NCBI GenBank assembly: GCA_964057225.1
Contig: OZ059895.1
Location: forward strand, 7,254,001 to 7,318,000
From: Auanema rhodensis
Taxonomy: Eukaryota; Animalia; Nematoda
Length of the DNA: 64,000 nt
Direction: 5' to 3'
Below, in pieces: positions 24,087 to 37,470 of this stretch. Made by a program: the position numbers and the translations under genes. Every line of letters starts with the position of its first letter. Within the stretch, counting starts at the first letter, position 1. Under the pieces are notes generated by a model. The model saw only the letters and a list, made by a program, of their open reading frames with translations, was not told the DNA's origin and did not search any database.

Positions 24087-27000
24087 TTAGGAGTCGGATA
24101 AAGAGTGAAGTGCACTAATAGGAACAGTTGTGTCATCATCAGAAGAGGTTGAATCTATACTTAGTGTTCGAATAACACTAGGAATAGGTGGAGGAAGAGT
24201 TCGAATTATTCGTTGTGTAGGAGAATTGGATTCACAAGTTCCATGAGGAGGAACAATAGGAAGAGATAGTCGTGAGGAACTATGTAGATTACTGACAGAT
24301 GAATGAAGGGTGTCATCTGAATGATCATACAGCATTTCATCCTGAAAACATTGAAATAACTTTCTGATACAACGTGGGAAAACATGCGGAAGTGTCATGC
24401 TTTCGAGAAAAAAAAGATTTGTTTGAGAGTATAAGTTATGATTCGAAAAAAAATAAAAAACCGAAGGATTTAGTAATGCTCTCATAAATATAAGGATGCA
24501 TGTTAATCAACACAAAATTAAAATTTTTTGTTCATGCGTTATTTGTCTTATACCTATAGTATTGGATAATTCTCTGGAGTCTGAAATGTTTTCAAACATA
24601 TTAAAGAGAAGAAACAATTTGAACTACGATTGTCAGATTAGCATAAATGTAATTTAAAATTTAAAATACCTCGAATCTAACGACAGTCTTTTTCGGTCTG
24701 GGATCCAGCAGGTCGTCCTCCGAATCTACAAACATCGGGAACTGACCGTCCTGAATAGAAGTTTTTGAATATTAGAATTATATTAAAAGTATATACTTTC
24801 ATGAACAGTGGAACTAACTCCGGTGGCCATATTCCTTCTACGATCATATGTGTCTGCGGAACCCGTGCTAGCCGACCTAGCTTGACTTGTATAGCCGTCT
24901 AAATAAGTTGTTTGTTAAGAAATTGTAAAGCTTAGAATTAAAAGTAGAACAAACCAGGTTTAGAAGATATATTTCTTGTACCAATATAAAACATTTTGAG
25001 TATAAAAAAGAGAATGAGAGAAGACAAAAGAGTAGACAAAAGAGCAAGAATTTTTGGCCGTTTTATAACTGCGATCTTTGGAGTGTTTTGAGCTTATCTC
25101 CATGTTTCTCGTCATGAATAACGGAACTGCTGAGCAAGCAGGATAACAACAAGTGAATGAGATTTTCGATAATTTATGGAACCTAACGAAAAAGAGTTTA
25201 AACGTGCCTCAACAAGGTTATCAATATCCAAATCGGCAATGATAGTATGATCTAAACCAATATTTTGTCCTACGGCCGAAATCAACTCCCGTACTTCCAG
25301 ACTAAAAAGTATATAAGTTATAATAATTTGAATAATTATTAACTAACTTTCTTGAGCCGAACCATATACGAATATTGGCGATATTTTTCAGTTTTCGACC
25401 AATGTAATGCAATTTACGGACATAAAGCGATCCAATATCTGAATTTGGAGTTAAATGTATGAATTGTTATAACTAATACCCAACGCAATTGTTGAAATTG
25501 CTAATCCGATACATACATATATTATTATTAGTGGTATATACCAATTACTGTAAATATAGATATGCATTAGAATATATCATAAGAAACATCCATACTTGTC
25601 CGGTACCAGATCACCATATTCAATAGCAGTTAAGCAGATGAAAGCAAAATAGAGACCATTAAAGAAATCAAAATCACCCTGAAGAAGCGGAACTCCAATA
25701 GCACCGATTACCTAAGGGAGAATAAATTTAACATTAATTTACATCAAAATATTATACTAAATATAATACGACTATGAAGAATAGCATTGATCCGCTAACA
25801 CAAGCTTCTTCTTCTTTTTTCTATAATTACCATTAATTATTAATTTTATGAAATAGTATGATTAACCTTTCTGAAACATTGTTTAGTCCAACATGCAACA
25901 GTTTCTAAATATCTTCCAATATTCGTAAGTAAAATGACTGTTAAGGGAATTCCAAAAAATCCATAAATCACGGTGAATATTCTTCCGTTATAAGTGCGTG
26001 GCTCTACTTTTCCATATCCTGCAATGAAATCCTTTTTTATGATTCATGTATGAACAAGTAATCTATTTTAATATAAAAAAATAATTTAATTTCTTGCATA
26101 TGTCATAGTTTTTAAAAAAACATTTCTCTTTATTTTTCTTATCTTCAGATTTAATGCATAATTCAAAGTTCAGTGCAGCCAAGATTGATTGAAGAAGTAA
26201 GATGTTTACTATTTCGTCTGGTAATTGATTAAGATTGAGAAATTGAACCTAAAATTCACAGTTTTGTTTCATCAGAAAATGCAGTTTGTCAGAATTGTTG
26301 GTGGACTTCAGAAACAGCTTCATCCGTCATTCTGTTGTCCGGGCATCAGGGAATTATTTTAAGTTTCTTTAAGTTTTTGAAGTTCGCTTCCTGAAGCGAC
26401 GAGAACTAAAGAGTAAAACATGGAGATGAAAAAATTGAGAAGAATCTTCGCAGAGAAAAGCAAGATGATTTTCAGACGCCATATCAAACATGAGCAACTT
26501 GACCTTCATGTCATATGTTTCAGTTGTCGACGACGTATGACAAAGAACATATCTCCTGAGAATAGTTCAACAAAACTATTCTAAATATGATCTTTTTGAA
26601 ACTAAAAGAAGCATTAAATTGGCAACTGACCAGTATCTATTTTAATATAATAGTTTTTTTCCCAAAAATATCATAAATAATAATGAAAAAGACATTCAAA
26701 AGATTTTCACCTAGGGTTGTTAATATTCCAAATCCGTATAAAGCAGCCGTTTTATAAGACCATTCCAAACGGGGATCATTCTCCTGTTCAGTTAAACATC
26801 TCTCAGCAATTGTACGAGCAAAATCAGCATCACGTACATTTCTTAAGTTGCGATTTCTAAAATACAGTATTTTATATTAATTAAACTATTTTTTCTTCAT
26901 TAATATTTTATTTTGTATTGTTATAAATATATGTTTATATTAATTTTCCAAATAGATTTATCAAATTTAAAAGAAAAGAAAGAACAATTTTCTTATTTTC

Positions 27001-27889
27001 AATTGAATGTTTTTTCAAGATAATGTCAAAACAGAACAATGTTTGTTGTTTCAAATGACAAGCGCGGATAAATAAAAAGTTGAGTAAGCAATGAACCAAT
27101 AAGAATGTTCAAATTTCAAAAAAATGATAAGATATTGCTGAATGAATGTTATAAAATTTTGTTTATTTTAGAGATAAATTGAATCTATATAACATTGATT
27201 CAATAAGAACTTACTTAGTTAATATTATATTTATTCTCAAAATATATTTATAGCAATACTCGAAACTTTAAATATAAGTTATCGATTATGAAATACAATA
27301 TGAATTGTTTTATTTTCATTTGTTTGGAATAATCTGTTTGTATAGATAGGGAGAATACATTTTTTTGGTTAAAAACCAATCAATGTTGTTCATAATTTAG
27401 AAAACAAACTTATCAAAGCGATTAAATGGTAAATATATTATGTGTATAACTTACCCGGTTAATAGATGTTCTATACATCTTCGTTTAGAAAGCGTATCAT
27501 TATGCTTGATATATTGAGCGTAATTATATTCGAAATGAAGAAAGATAAATCCACCAATTAGAGTATAGCATATAAGAAATAATATGATGAGTAGATTAAT
27601 AGTTACAGCTTTTTGATGACGTCGAAAAAACTATAATAACAGATTATTTTATGAGAACAACTGTCTATGTTTCATATAATTATATTATTTGAGCATTATT
27701 CATTCTTTTAATTCCAATGGTCTTCACAAAAAAATAGAACAAAGCATTTTAGTTATGGTATTTTCTCATTTTCAATGGCACGATAAGGAAGATATCTGGT
27801 TATAATGTTCTTATTTAATTGAATTTTAAAACAAAAAAAAGTAGAATTGTACTAACCCGACAACATAGTATAGAATAGATTAATGCCAT
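24087..27889 (-). CDS. TWK-family two-pore-domain potassium channel
   Basis: TM1 LLIILFLICYTLIGGFIFLHFE; P1 WSYKTAALYGFGILTTLG|YGKVEPRTYNGRIFTVIYGFFGIPL; P2 FNGLYFAFICLTAIEYGDLVP; TM4 IIICICIGLAISTIAL; low-complexity tail ending at 24087. Confidence 0.88.
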
Positions 27890-29449
27890 TTTTTACTATA
27901 TCTGAATTGAAGAAACGTTTACGACAATTGAGGATTTTCCTCTGATAATCAGATATGATGCTGATTACAAAACTTCATATTGTATATAACAACGATTAAA
28001 TCTGAAATTTAAAAAATTCATATGCACTTTAATAGAATTTGAATATTGATTCTTTTAAGAGATTACACGATTACTTAAGTTCAAAGGGAATTAAAAAATA
28101 TAAAGATCGTCGTAGAATAAATTGCAACGAAAAATAAATCAAATTCAAACAAATATGAAATTTTTCAGACAGAACAAGGACGACAAGTTCAAAACTTTTT
28201 GTTATTTGTCATATATGTATATGAATGTAGTTAGACTATTATTTATTGTCTTGAAAACAATTCAAAGGTTCAAAATGAAAACAAATAGTAACTATCATGT
28301 AATATAGATTCTATAAGGCTATACATAATTTCTAGAATAGATTCGTTTGATTGGTATAGCTTCAAAGAGCTAGTTTGGCAGGACAAAATGCTGAGAATTT
28401 GAAGAGCCCAACAATCCCCCCCCACCATCATTTTCCTCTCTCTCTGCATCTTACATCTCATCTATTTCTCTTCTTTTCTTCAATATTTTGCATTTTGTTT
28501 TCTATATATGTACATATATACACTCTCATCTTAACCAACTACCACCCTTCCAGAAAAGTTACTAGTAACGCCCTCTGGATAGCTTAAATTCCCAGGAGAA
28601 TAATGTTAGCACAACGATAGGAGTCCGATATATTATGACCACATGCCCGGAGATGCAGACCTTTCTTAAGACATTAACACAAGTTGTTACCACATAAATA
28701 AAACAAGAATGCTTTAAAGATTATTAAAATAATCTTTGATAATATAAATTATTGCAAGCTTTTTTTCAAAAGACCTAATCGATTATCAATTTCTAAATTT
28801 CATTTTTTGCATTCATTAGTCTGGTGAGCGGTTGCAATTTTTTGCATACAGTGATTGAAAAAGTACATACTGATGCACTTTAGAATTATATTTTTTGTTA
28901 AATAAGTAGCTCTTAAGGAAAAGCTCCTTTTTGTGTACAATTTTTTTTTCTCAATGAGAAGTTGAGTGTCTGGTGGATTTGAAGCCCTCTTCCTTGTTGT
29001 CCAGAAGTGTAATTTCTCCTCATCCATCTAATGGAGTTCATGATTGGATGTCCACAGCTTCAAAAGATTAAAGGATAAACATAATTTCACTAACGAAGTG
29101 TATCACAAAGATGACATATTTGAAAATGTTTTCATGATTGAAAACTCATATTTAACTGTTTCAGATATAAATCAAATCTAAAGAATATACTGTTGTCAAC
29201 TCTATATGGCAGAAAAATGGTAAAGACGCTACGGATATTATTGAGAACTTCTTCACATTCAAGCAATTCAATAATTGTATATTAAACTGAAAAAAAGTAT
29301 GTCCTCTCCGGAAAATAGTAAATCATTCAGCAAGTGATTAGCGATCAAGCGCAATCAGTAACTGATTAGAATCAGTTTTTTACGTTTGAAACTCAAGCAA
29401 ACAATTAGAAAGGAGAGAAATAAAAACACAAAGCATGATACGGAAGTAT

Positions 29450-29457
29450 TATATAAA
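29450..29457 (+). promoter_or_regulatory. TATA box of the acidic secreted protein gene
   Basis: TATATAAA 65 nt upstream of the ATG at 29515. Confidence 0.55.
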
Positions 29458-29514
29458 GGTGAGGTAAGATGCTTGTGGTGTTACTACTACCAGTAGTCGC
29501 GAATTTCTGTCAAA

Positions 29515-30030
29515 ATGAAGTGGTATTTATTAGCTCCAGCTATAGCTCTTTTATGCTTTGTCTGTGATTCCAATCAGCAGAATGTAGAAATGCAGGGTAA
29601 GCTGAATAATTTAAAAAAAAAAAAAGTTTTTTTTCTTTTACAGGGCAGGGAATCCCAGTTGATGAACTGGCAAAAGCTTACATGAGTTAGTTTTCTCTTA
29701 TTCCTGAATAATACAATAATAATATAAAACAAATTCTTAGATTACGCCAGAGATGAGGAGGATGACGACGACGATGTTCTCGTCGATTTTTCCAACACGG
29801 ATCCTGATTATGAACTTGAAGATGAAATGGCTCGTTCTAATGATGACGATGAATATGATGATGAGTACTATGAGGATGATGGAGGTGATGAAGACTACGA
29901 TGACGGAGAAGACGAGGAAGAAGGTGATGATGACTATGAGGATGAAGATGATGATGATTACGATTATGACCGCAAGATGCCAGCACGTGAAGCTCATCCC
30001 TATTACCAACAATCAAATGTATATTTTTAA
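29515..30030 (+). CDS. Secreted hyperacidic Asp/Glu/Tyr-rich protein, three exons, unknown function
   Basis: MKWYLLAPAIALLCFVCDS signal peptide, then GT-AG introns join QGIPVDELAKAYM|NYARDEEDDDDD...MARSNDDDEYDDEYYEDD...YDYDRKMPAREAHPYYQQSNVYF*. Confidence 0.85.
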
Positions 30031-31478
30031 TACAAGCGAGCAGTTATGGATATGTGAGTGCTGTTGTTCTTTTCATTATGAAAATAAAACTAATGATTTT
30101 AGTGAAACCATGAGAATAGACTGCATAGCCATCAGCACCAATAACTGAAATCGTTGTGATGTTGACATATCTGTATATTCATGATTTTCATATAAACTCA
30201 TTATATCTTTTAGATTTTATCAATATTTGGGCATATGCTATTAATATTAAGAGCTTACAATTTCGCAGATTGTTTGCGAAATTCAATTGAAAAAACCCAA
30301 TGAATTCAACTGATTTTTTTTGACAGACTCAAGAATTAAAAGGAAAGCAAAAAATCTCTAGAATCTCATCTGAATAAACATTGCTCCCTTCGTTTCCTTT
30401 GGCCATTCAGCTCAAGGAAATTTGGATGTTTGAGTTAAAATGACAAGCTTGGGATCAAGTTTGAAACACAGATCAACAATGACGTATGGCAAACACATGA
30501 AAATCAATTAAATAAAAACCAAAATTAGCTAATATTCCATATTTGTAAGCGTATATTATTATACAAAAGTTTGAAAACTTTGTGATTATTTCAAAGAAAG
30601 TGAATATTAGCATCAATGTAAACAGAACTAAAAGAAATAATTGAAGTTTATAAACACTGAACGCACCATTTATTCTTGTAGTTGGACGAATTGGGAAAAG
30701 AGTCCGTTCAGAAAACATGAAGAGAATATTAGAGGATTCGACAAAATTGTGTATAACGAGGGAATCTTTAACATCAAAAAAAATAGTGTGGAATGAAGTT
30801 GAACGAGAATCTGTTGAATTTAATGTTCAACCAAAAGTTGAATATTACGCCTACATTTCGATTTTATGAAAATTCTAGCAAATGCGTCAAACACAAATAG
30901 ACTACCCATTACTTACAGCTTGGATGTTGTCAGCAAATTCTTGCTGACAACATTCTGAATCTGTTCGATATCCGGACGAATCCTGGGACATTAGACACCC
31001 ATTCAACCCATCAACACCATCAACCAAGAGTCAAACAGTTGTTGAAAACCAAAAAATGAGCAAAAGAAATGCAATATAGAAGTTGAAAAACTAAAAAATA
31101 CATCAAAAATATCAATTACAAGTTTAAAGTTGAAAACATTAATAAGCAAAAAAAGTATTTGTAAATAAGTTGTTTTACAACTCATCTGAGAAAAATACTG
31201 AACTAAAGTTTTAGCCTCGAATCAGTATATAAGTGTTTTTGCTTGAAAAAAACTAAATAGTAAAAAAATATTTTATTTATGAACTGTATAGATTATTATC
31301 CAAATTACTATTTTAATTTATACAGACTATGATGGTCAATATTAAAAAAAGAAAATCACAGATACCGCAAACCAATATTCAGAATGCACGAGAAATAAAA
31401 CTTTGCACTGTCCTAGGATAACATGCATTTAAGTAAGAAAATAAATAATAAATATCAAATACGGCCATAGTATTATGC

Positions 31479-33459
31479 CTATACAATTATGGCTGTAGTC
31501 TCCGGCTCAAACTTCTCCCATAATTTCATCAGCTAAAAAAATTGTATTTCTTTTTTAAAAATTAAATTATAATTACTTCAGAATGAGTCTTTATCAATGA
31601 TTCAAGATAATCCACCATGATTTTTTTCATATCTTGACGTCTTTGTACATCAAATCGTTGGACCTATATCCATTATTTCACTTCAATTTTAAGACTAAGT
31701 TACCTCCTCCCTAATTAACTTGCTCAAATCGCCAAATTCTGTTTCCAATTGATCCATTCTTCGAGCTGTATCTTCGATCTCATCTTTAATCTGATTTAAT
31801 CTCTCAGTTTTACCAGACAACTCCATTCTAAAAGAATAGTATGATGTCATTCGAAATATGAAAACTACCTAGCTTTAGTTTCACGTTTTTTCTGAAGAGT
31901 TTGTTGTGCATTCTGCCAAGCTTGCCAGACTCGAACGCGTTCATTGAATACATCTTTCAACGAAGCAATCAAGCCTACATACTCGTTAATAGCCTCAGAG
32001 AATCTGAATTCATATACGAAAGATGTACAAAAAACAGTTATAAACACTTACAAAACAGTATCACTCTCCGCCTGTTTAGCCCAAATAGCAGCAGCATTTT
32101 CTTCAGTTTCTGTTAAATGAGAGAGAGCCCTAGCTAATGAGGTTGAATTCTCACATGAGGCCAACATGGATAAACCCTTGAATACATTTAATGATACATA
32201 TATACTCGGCGTTTAACCTACTCTGCTCAAACTTTCTTGTGATTGAGCCAACTCTTTCCGTGAGTTCGCTAAATTGTTAGCTAAAGATAATAGTTTCCTT
32301 AAAAGGATATCTTGAATATGCAATAATAAATAAATGTAACTTTAATGATTCTTCAAGCTCATCAATATGAGATTGAGTTTGCTCAAACCAGCGATCTCCT
32401 TCTTCCATGTGAAAAGCCATCTTAGAGAAAACCTTTAAAATAGATCATAACAAATTCATAATGTAACAAAAACTCATTACTTCACCAACGCTCTTAAAAA
32501 TTCGTTTAACTCCCGCACTAGACAAGGCAGCAGTTTGAGTTGCGTGAGGAAGGTCAGTCTAAATTGATAAGTCATATATGAAAAAGCCATTAGTTTAATT
32601 AACCTCCATAGTTAGAAAATCTCGAACATCACAATCACCTCTCATTCTTGGATGTTGGACAACTCGTCTGAGGAATCTTTCAAGTTGTCGGGCCCGAATT
32701 GCAACCTCGTTAGAGGAATTTGGTTCGGTAGAGGTCTGAGAAAAAATATTAATTATCTTTTTTAATTTTTAAGCACCTTAGTTTTAGTCATTGCAGCAAG
32801 ACTTTTTTCTGGAGCAGCTGGAACAATAACCCCCTTAGTTTGATGCTTTTCTACAAGTTTGTCCCGCAATCCAAGAAAATCAGAAAAACGTCTCCAAACG
32901 TCATATGTGCGATTGCTATAACCGTTTACTCCTTCACACTAAAACAAAAAACGAACTTGAAAATAGAGTAATACAAATTCAAGCATACCGTAGTAATAAC
33001 ATTATAAACAATATAAGCACCCATACCATCTCCTTTTTTCTCAAAGTTTTTTACAGATATGGTCATTAGATAATTAGTATCCTGAGAAAAACTAGTATAT
33101 CCTTGGCTGTCTCCAACGCTACTACTTGCAGCAGAGCTGAAGATACTCGGAGTTCTACAACAACAAGTTCAATTTGTGAATGAAAAAATTAAAGAATACT
33201 GTTGCTTATTATCCGAGCTGGTATTCAAAATAGTGGCTGGTGGGCTGGAATCAGGTGTGTCATCATTACTCAAATTCAACGTTAATTTTGATGGAGTTTC
33301 ATCGTCCAAGTCATCATCCATGAGTGGTGATTCCTATAATATCAGTTTCATGTCAGAGCATAAAATAATATATCTAACATTCTGCATTCCAATTGGACTT
33401 GTATTGTCCTGCTCTTCATCAGAAAGAGGGACAGCAACGGTGGTGTCTTCTGATATCAT
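31479..33459 (-). CDS. snx-1: Sorting nexin 1/2 (PX-BAR retromer component)
   Basis: FEKKGDGMGAYIVY, VWRRFSDFLGL, VPAAPEKS, RQLERFLRRVVQHP, LSRALSHLTETEEN, VFNERVRVWQAWQ, WEKFEPE. Confidence 0.93.
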
Positions 33460-33711
33460 TACCTTAACATAGAAAGTAAGTTAATTGTCACATTTTCAAA
33501 CGGAAAGATAATATTATGAGTAATCGATAAATACGACTCAGGATAACAGAATGAAATACAATACCAATGTTTATATACATGATTAAAGTCTTGTTTTTCC
33601 AACAATTTTGTATACCTCGTATAATTTGACCTTATAATAAAACACTAAGCTAAAAAAAAAAGTTAGAAATTTTGAAAAATAACAAGTTCGATTGCATTAA
33701 CAGAGATCAAA

Positions 33712-35117
33712 TTAAGAGAATTTACAGTGAATGGCCCAATGATCACTTGGGAAACAGAGACAGGACCTAATTCTATTTTGCCCCTCCAATGAGAAATTTA
33801 TTTTCTTTAAAGATCCATACCAATACATTCTATCAAATCTGAATACAACAGAGAATAAAAATTTCAAAAATTTCAACTAACCTAGTTCTTGCTCCAAAGG
33901 CATGTTTGTTATCGTTTTTTCTGGTGTCCCATGTGAATTCAGTTTTTTTCTCTGAGCCAGCAGCAATCCATGCATCAGCTAAACCTCTAGGAACATTTGA
34001 TATCTAAAACGATGAAAAAATAATATATTTATAATTCTGTTTTTACTAACCTCAGTATCACGTAAATTCAAATCCCCTCCGAAAAATAATAAACAATGAG
34101 GATGTGCTTTGATAAGTTCACTAACAACATGCATGCATTGTTTGAACTGCTCTTTCCTGAAAACTAAATCTTTTAAAAAATTGTGTTAACGATACCTTTT
34201 ATCAGAATGTTCAGCCATACTTTCTAAATGAGTATTTAAAAGAAATACACACTGTTCGCCAATAGAGCCCTGTATATTAAAAACATCGAAATACAAAAAA
34301 AATGAAAAGGTACCTTAATGATTTGTAGTGTTCTCATCATGCCAGAGTTTCTATAGTGAATTACTTCATGCTTCTCCACTTGGAAAGCTTTACTAACCAA
34401 AATAGCAGTAAAATACAAAGCCCCTAAAAAAAATCACATCTACTCAAAGAGAAGTTGAATGTTACCTCTATTGGAGTAATAAATATTGTAGAACTTCTCT
34501 AATTTTTGGATTTCAGCAATTTCGCGCTCCACAACTTCTTGCAAGAAAAGAAAATCAGGATTATTCCTGCAAATTAATTCAAATACAAAGCTAACTAATT
34601 CCCTTACATTTTTATAATTTTGTACACAGCACGCATCCTAGTATTAATACTTCTACCATCAAGCCCATCAATATTCCAGCTCATAACCGTCACTTCTAAT
34701 CCCTACATAAGCAATAAATTAAATACCATTATCAATATCTTACATCTAAATCAACAGCTTTATCCTCTCCATTTTCAGTGAGAACTTCCAATACATTTTC
34801 ATCTTGCTCATCACTTTCACGATTAAAATATAATTCTAAAGCTGCCTGAATCACTGTTGATTTGCAATAATAACCCTAGCATTGAACGAACTTCAACATT
34901 AAAGTTCACATCTTGAAGAAAAGTTCTGGCAGTGGTTTCATCACATCCCGCAATCGATGAAAATGTTTCTACAGAACTCTGTGCTTGTTCAAAGTTGACA
35001 TCTACACGTGAAAAGTGAAACTGTAGTTTGACAAGTAAAAAGTTTACCATCCATATCAGCTTCAAACGAATTCGAAGTGTTATTAGAATCATGTTCACTA
35101 TGCGTAGAATTATTCAT
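33712..35117 (-). CDS. tdpt-1: 5'-tyrosyl-DNA phosphodiesterase TDP2
   Basis: N-terminal UBA-like segment (VETFSSIAGCDETTARTFLQDVNFNVE) plus EEP motifs SWNIDGLD, FLQEV, THLES, FGGDLNLRD, TWDT and SDHW. Confidence 0.93.
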
Positions 35118-35487
35118 GCTAAAAGAATTTCGATCGATCAAATTTGTGATCTTTGAGTAGTTAATGAATATGATTGCAAAATTATGAAACAATCCATGTT
35201 GAAATCAAGAATATAACGTGATATTCAAACCACTGTGCGTCTTGATGACTATTGTGGCGTGTTTATTGTGAAAGACGCCTCATAGTAGACGTGGAGCAGA
35301 CTGACTCCGCCCATTTAGTTGTCCAAATCCATAAGAATGACTGGATTTATATAATATTTTCTATTTGACTTACTTCTGTAATATTTGTTTTATGTGAATG
35401 CTAACTTTATTCATATGAAAAGCTTCTATCTTTGTAATTATTTATTCTGTTGTATTATAAGCTTCTTGTTGCAGATTTGTCTCATAC

Positions 35488-37168
35488 ATGGTGGTGAGTA
35501 GAAACGCAATGACAGTTCTTAAAGTTAAATTCGGAAATGATATTAGAAAGACTTCAATCCATCAAGATTTGACTTTCAATGATTTAGTTTTGATGGTTCT
35601 CAGAATATTTAACATTAAAAATGAAAGTGATCTTAGCTTAAAATACAGAGATAACGGTATAATCTTTTCCAAATTTTGCTTTACTATCATATTTTTGCAG
35701 ATGGTGACCTTGTTACACTCAGCGACGATTCTGACCTGCTTCTGGCTTTGAACGAAAGCTCTTTGACTGTTGAGGTTAGTTGAAGCTTTGTATTGTCTAT
35801 GGTACTTCATTCTTAAGGTATCTTATGGGTCATCTGAGAATGTAATCGGGGATTTGACCAAGCAACTCGCTCATATTCAAGTAAGGATAAGAATCTCCGC
35901 TCATATTATATATTTTTTTAGGAAAGTATTCAAGCTTTGGCCCAAAAATTAGCTGCCGTTGAACTCCCTTCTTACGTAAAGTTTTTTTTCTAGTTCTTGA
36001 TGTAATTTTTCTTTTAAGTCTGCTCATACGTCTAACTCACAAGCCGCCCCCGTTCATAATGTTCCTCCTTCACCTGTTCCATCGGAGAAGCCTGAAGTAC
36101 CGGCTACTATCCAGCCTTCACTCCAAGAACAAGTAATATTTGTTTAATAGTATGGTAGTTAAATAATGTTACGCTCCAGGCTGATGGTCATCATACTCGG
36201 GAAGTTTCAGCACCTCTCGAAGAAGATATTCCTCTCGAAGCTGGTGTTCCACATGATGGTTTCACCCAAAACTTTGTTCCTGACCCAATGCAAAGTCTTC
36301 CACCAACTTCTATTCCATCATTCCCTCAATCTAATATCACAGCTCCACCAACCCAATTCGATCAAAGAGGACCAAATACCCCACACTCTTCGGTATCTTC
36401 TACTCCTCTTCCTCAGCCTGTTCAACAATATTCGCCACCTCAGAACATTTCTGCTCCTCAGCAATTTGATGCTCCTCCAAGTCACCCAGGTTTCAATCCT
36501 CCTTCCCAGCAGGGATACGCACCACCACCCCAATCTTTTGCTCCTCCAACTGCAGGAGCCCCTCACCCACCCCATGGAGCTCAACTATCAGGATTCCCAC
36601 CTGCTCCAGGTAACTTCGGTCCTCCACAAGGCGTACCTCCTACTCAACCTCACTCTCAACCCCAATTTGCTCCACCACACAATATTGGAGGACCACCACA
36701 GTTCCAGGTAAATAATTTTTCCCTCACTTTTTAATTATTATGTTTTTGTAGGCTCCACCATCTGAACCTGCTCCTCCAAGTAATATGAATCAACAGCAAT
36801 TTGGTCCACCTCAAGGTGGATCAGTTGGACCAGGTGGATTTGGAGCTCCACCTTCGATGCCACCTCAAAACCAACCTATGGGCGGACATTCTATGGGAGC
36901 TCATGGTGCACCACCAGCAGGAGCGCCTCCACTTGGTGCTCCACCTATGGGCGGACCTCCAGGTGTTTCCCAAATGGGAGGACCTTCAATGGGAGGACCC
37001 TCAATGGGAGGACCTCCAATGGGCGGACCTCCCATGGGTGGACCTCCAATGGGTGGACCTCCAATGAATGGTCCTCCAATGGGCGTACACCCAGGCGCTC
37101 CTGGAATGAACCCATTTGCTCGCGGACCAGGAGGACCACCTTTCCGACAATCTCCTTATCATCAGTAA
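35488..37168 (+). CDS. tfg-1: TFG (TRK-fused gene), ER-exit-site protein
   Basis: N-terminal PB1 domain ([11 protein letters not shown]...LKYRDN|[17 protein letters not shown]), a coiled coil, a P/Q/G-rich tail and C-terminal NPFARGP...PYHQ*. Confidence 0.92.
36945..37084 (+). repeat. Coding 15-nt tandem repeat encoding ([10 protein letters not shown])n in tfg-1
   Basis: ATGGGxGGACCxxCx units repeated about 7 times with synonymous variation. Confidence 0.85.
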
Positions 37169-37470
37169 ATATCCAAACTAGAAACATTCTTCATTAATTA
37201 TTCTATCGATTGTGATGAGAACTGTGCTGTTATCTAGTTATGTGTTAATTTTTGTCTTCTTGTAAGATATGCAGTTTTTGTGAATTGAAAACGCGTGACA
37301 AATATATAACTAAAGATCTAATTTATTTTATTTATGCAAAGTTTTAGCTACTTTCTTTTTAAGTATTCATTTTTAATTTGGCGGCTAAGGCATATCTTGT
37401 TTGGAGTTTGGTATTAGAATAAAAATTTTTAGAAGAATTTATTGTCTTTCTCGCTTTTGTTGATGTATAA

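Noticed and set aside
29737-30148. Met-rich ORF 29753-30148 (+) and hydrophobic ORF 29737-30012 (-)
   Set aside because: These are alternative-frame shadows of the GAT/GAA-rich acidic exon; splice phase supports the acidic frame.
36166-37187. Overlapping ORFs in other frames and on the other strand across tfg-1
   Set aside because: They are by-products of stop-poor Pro/Gly/Gln low-complexity coding sequence.
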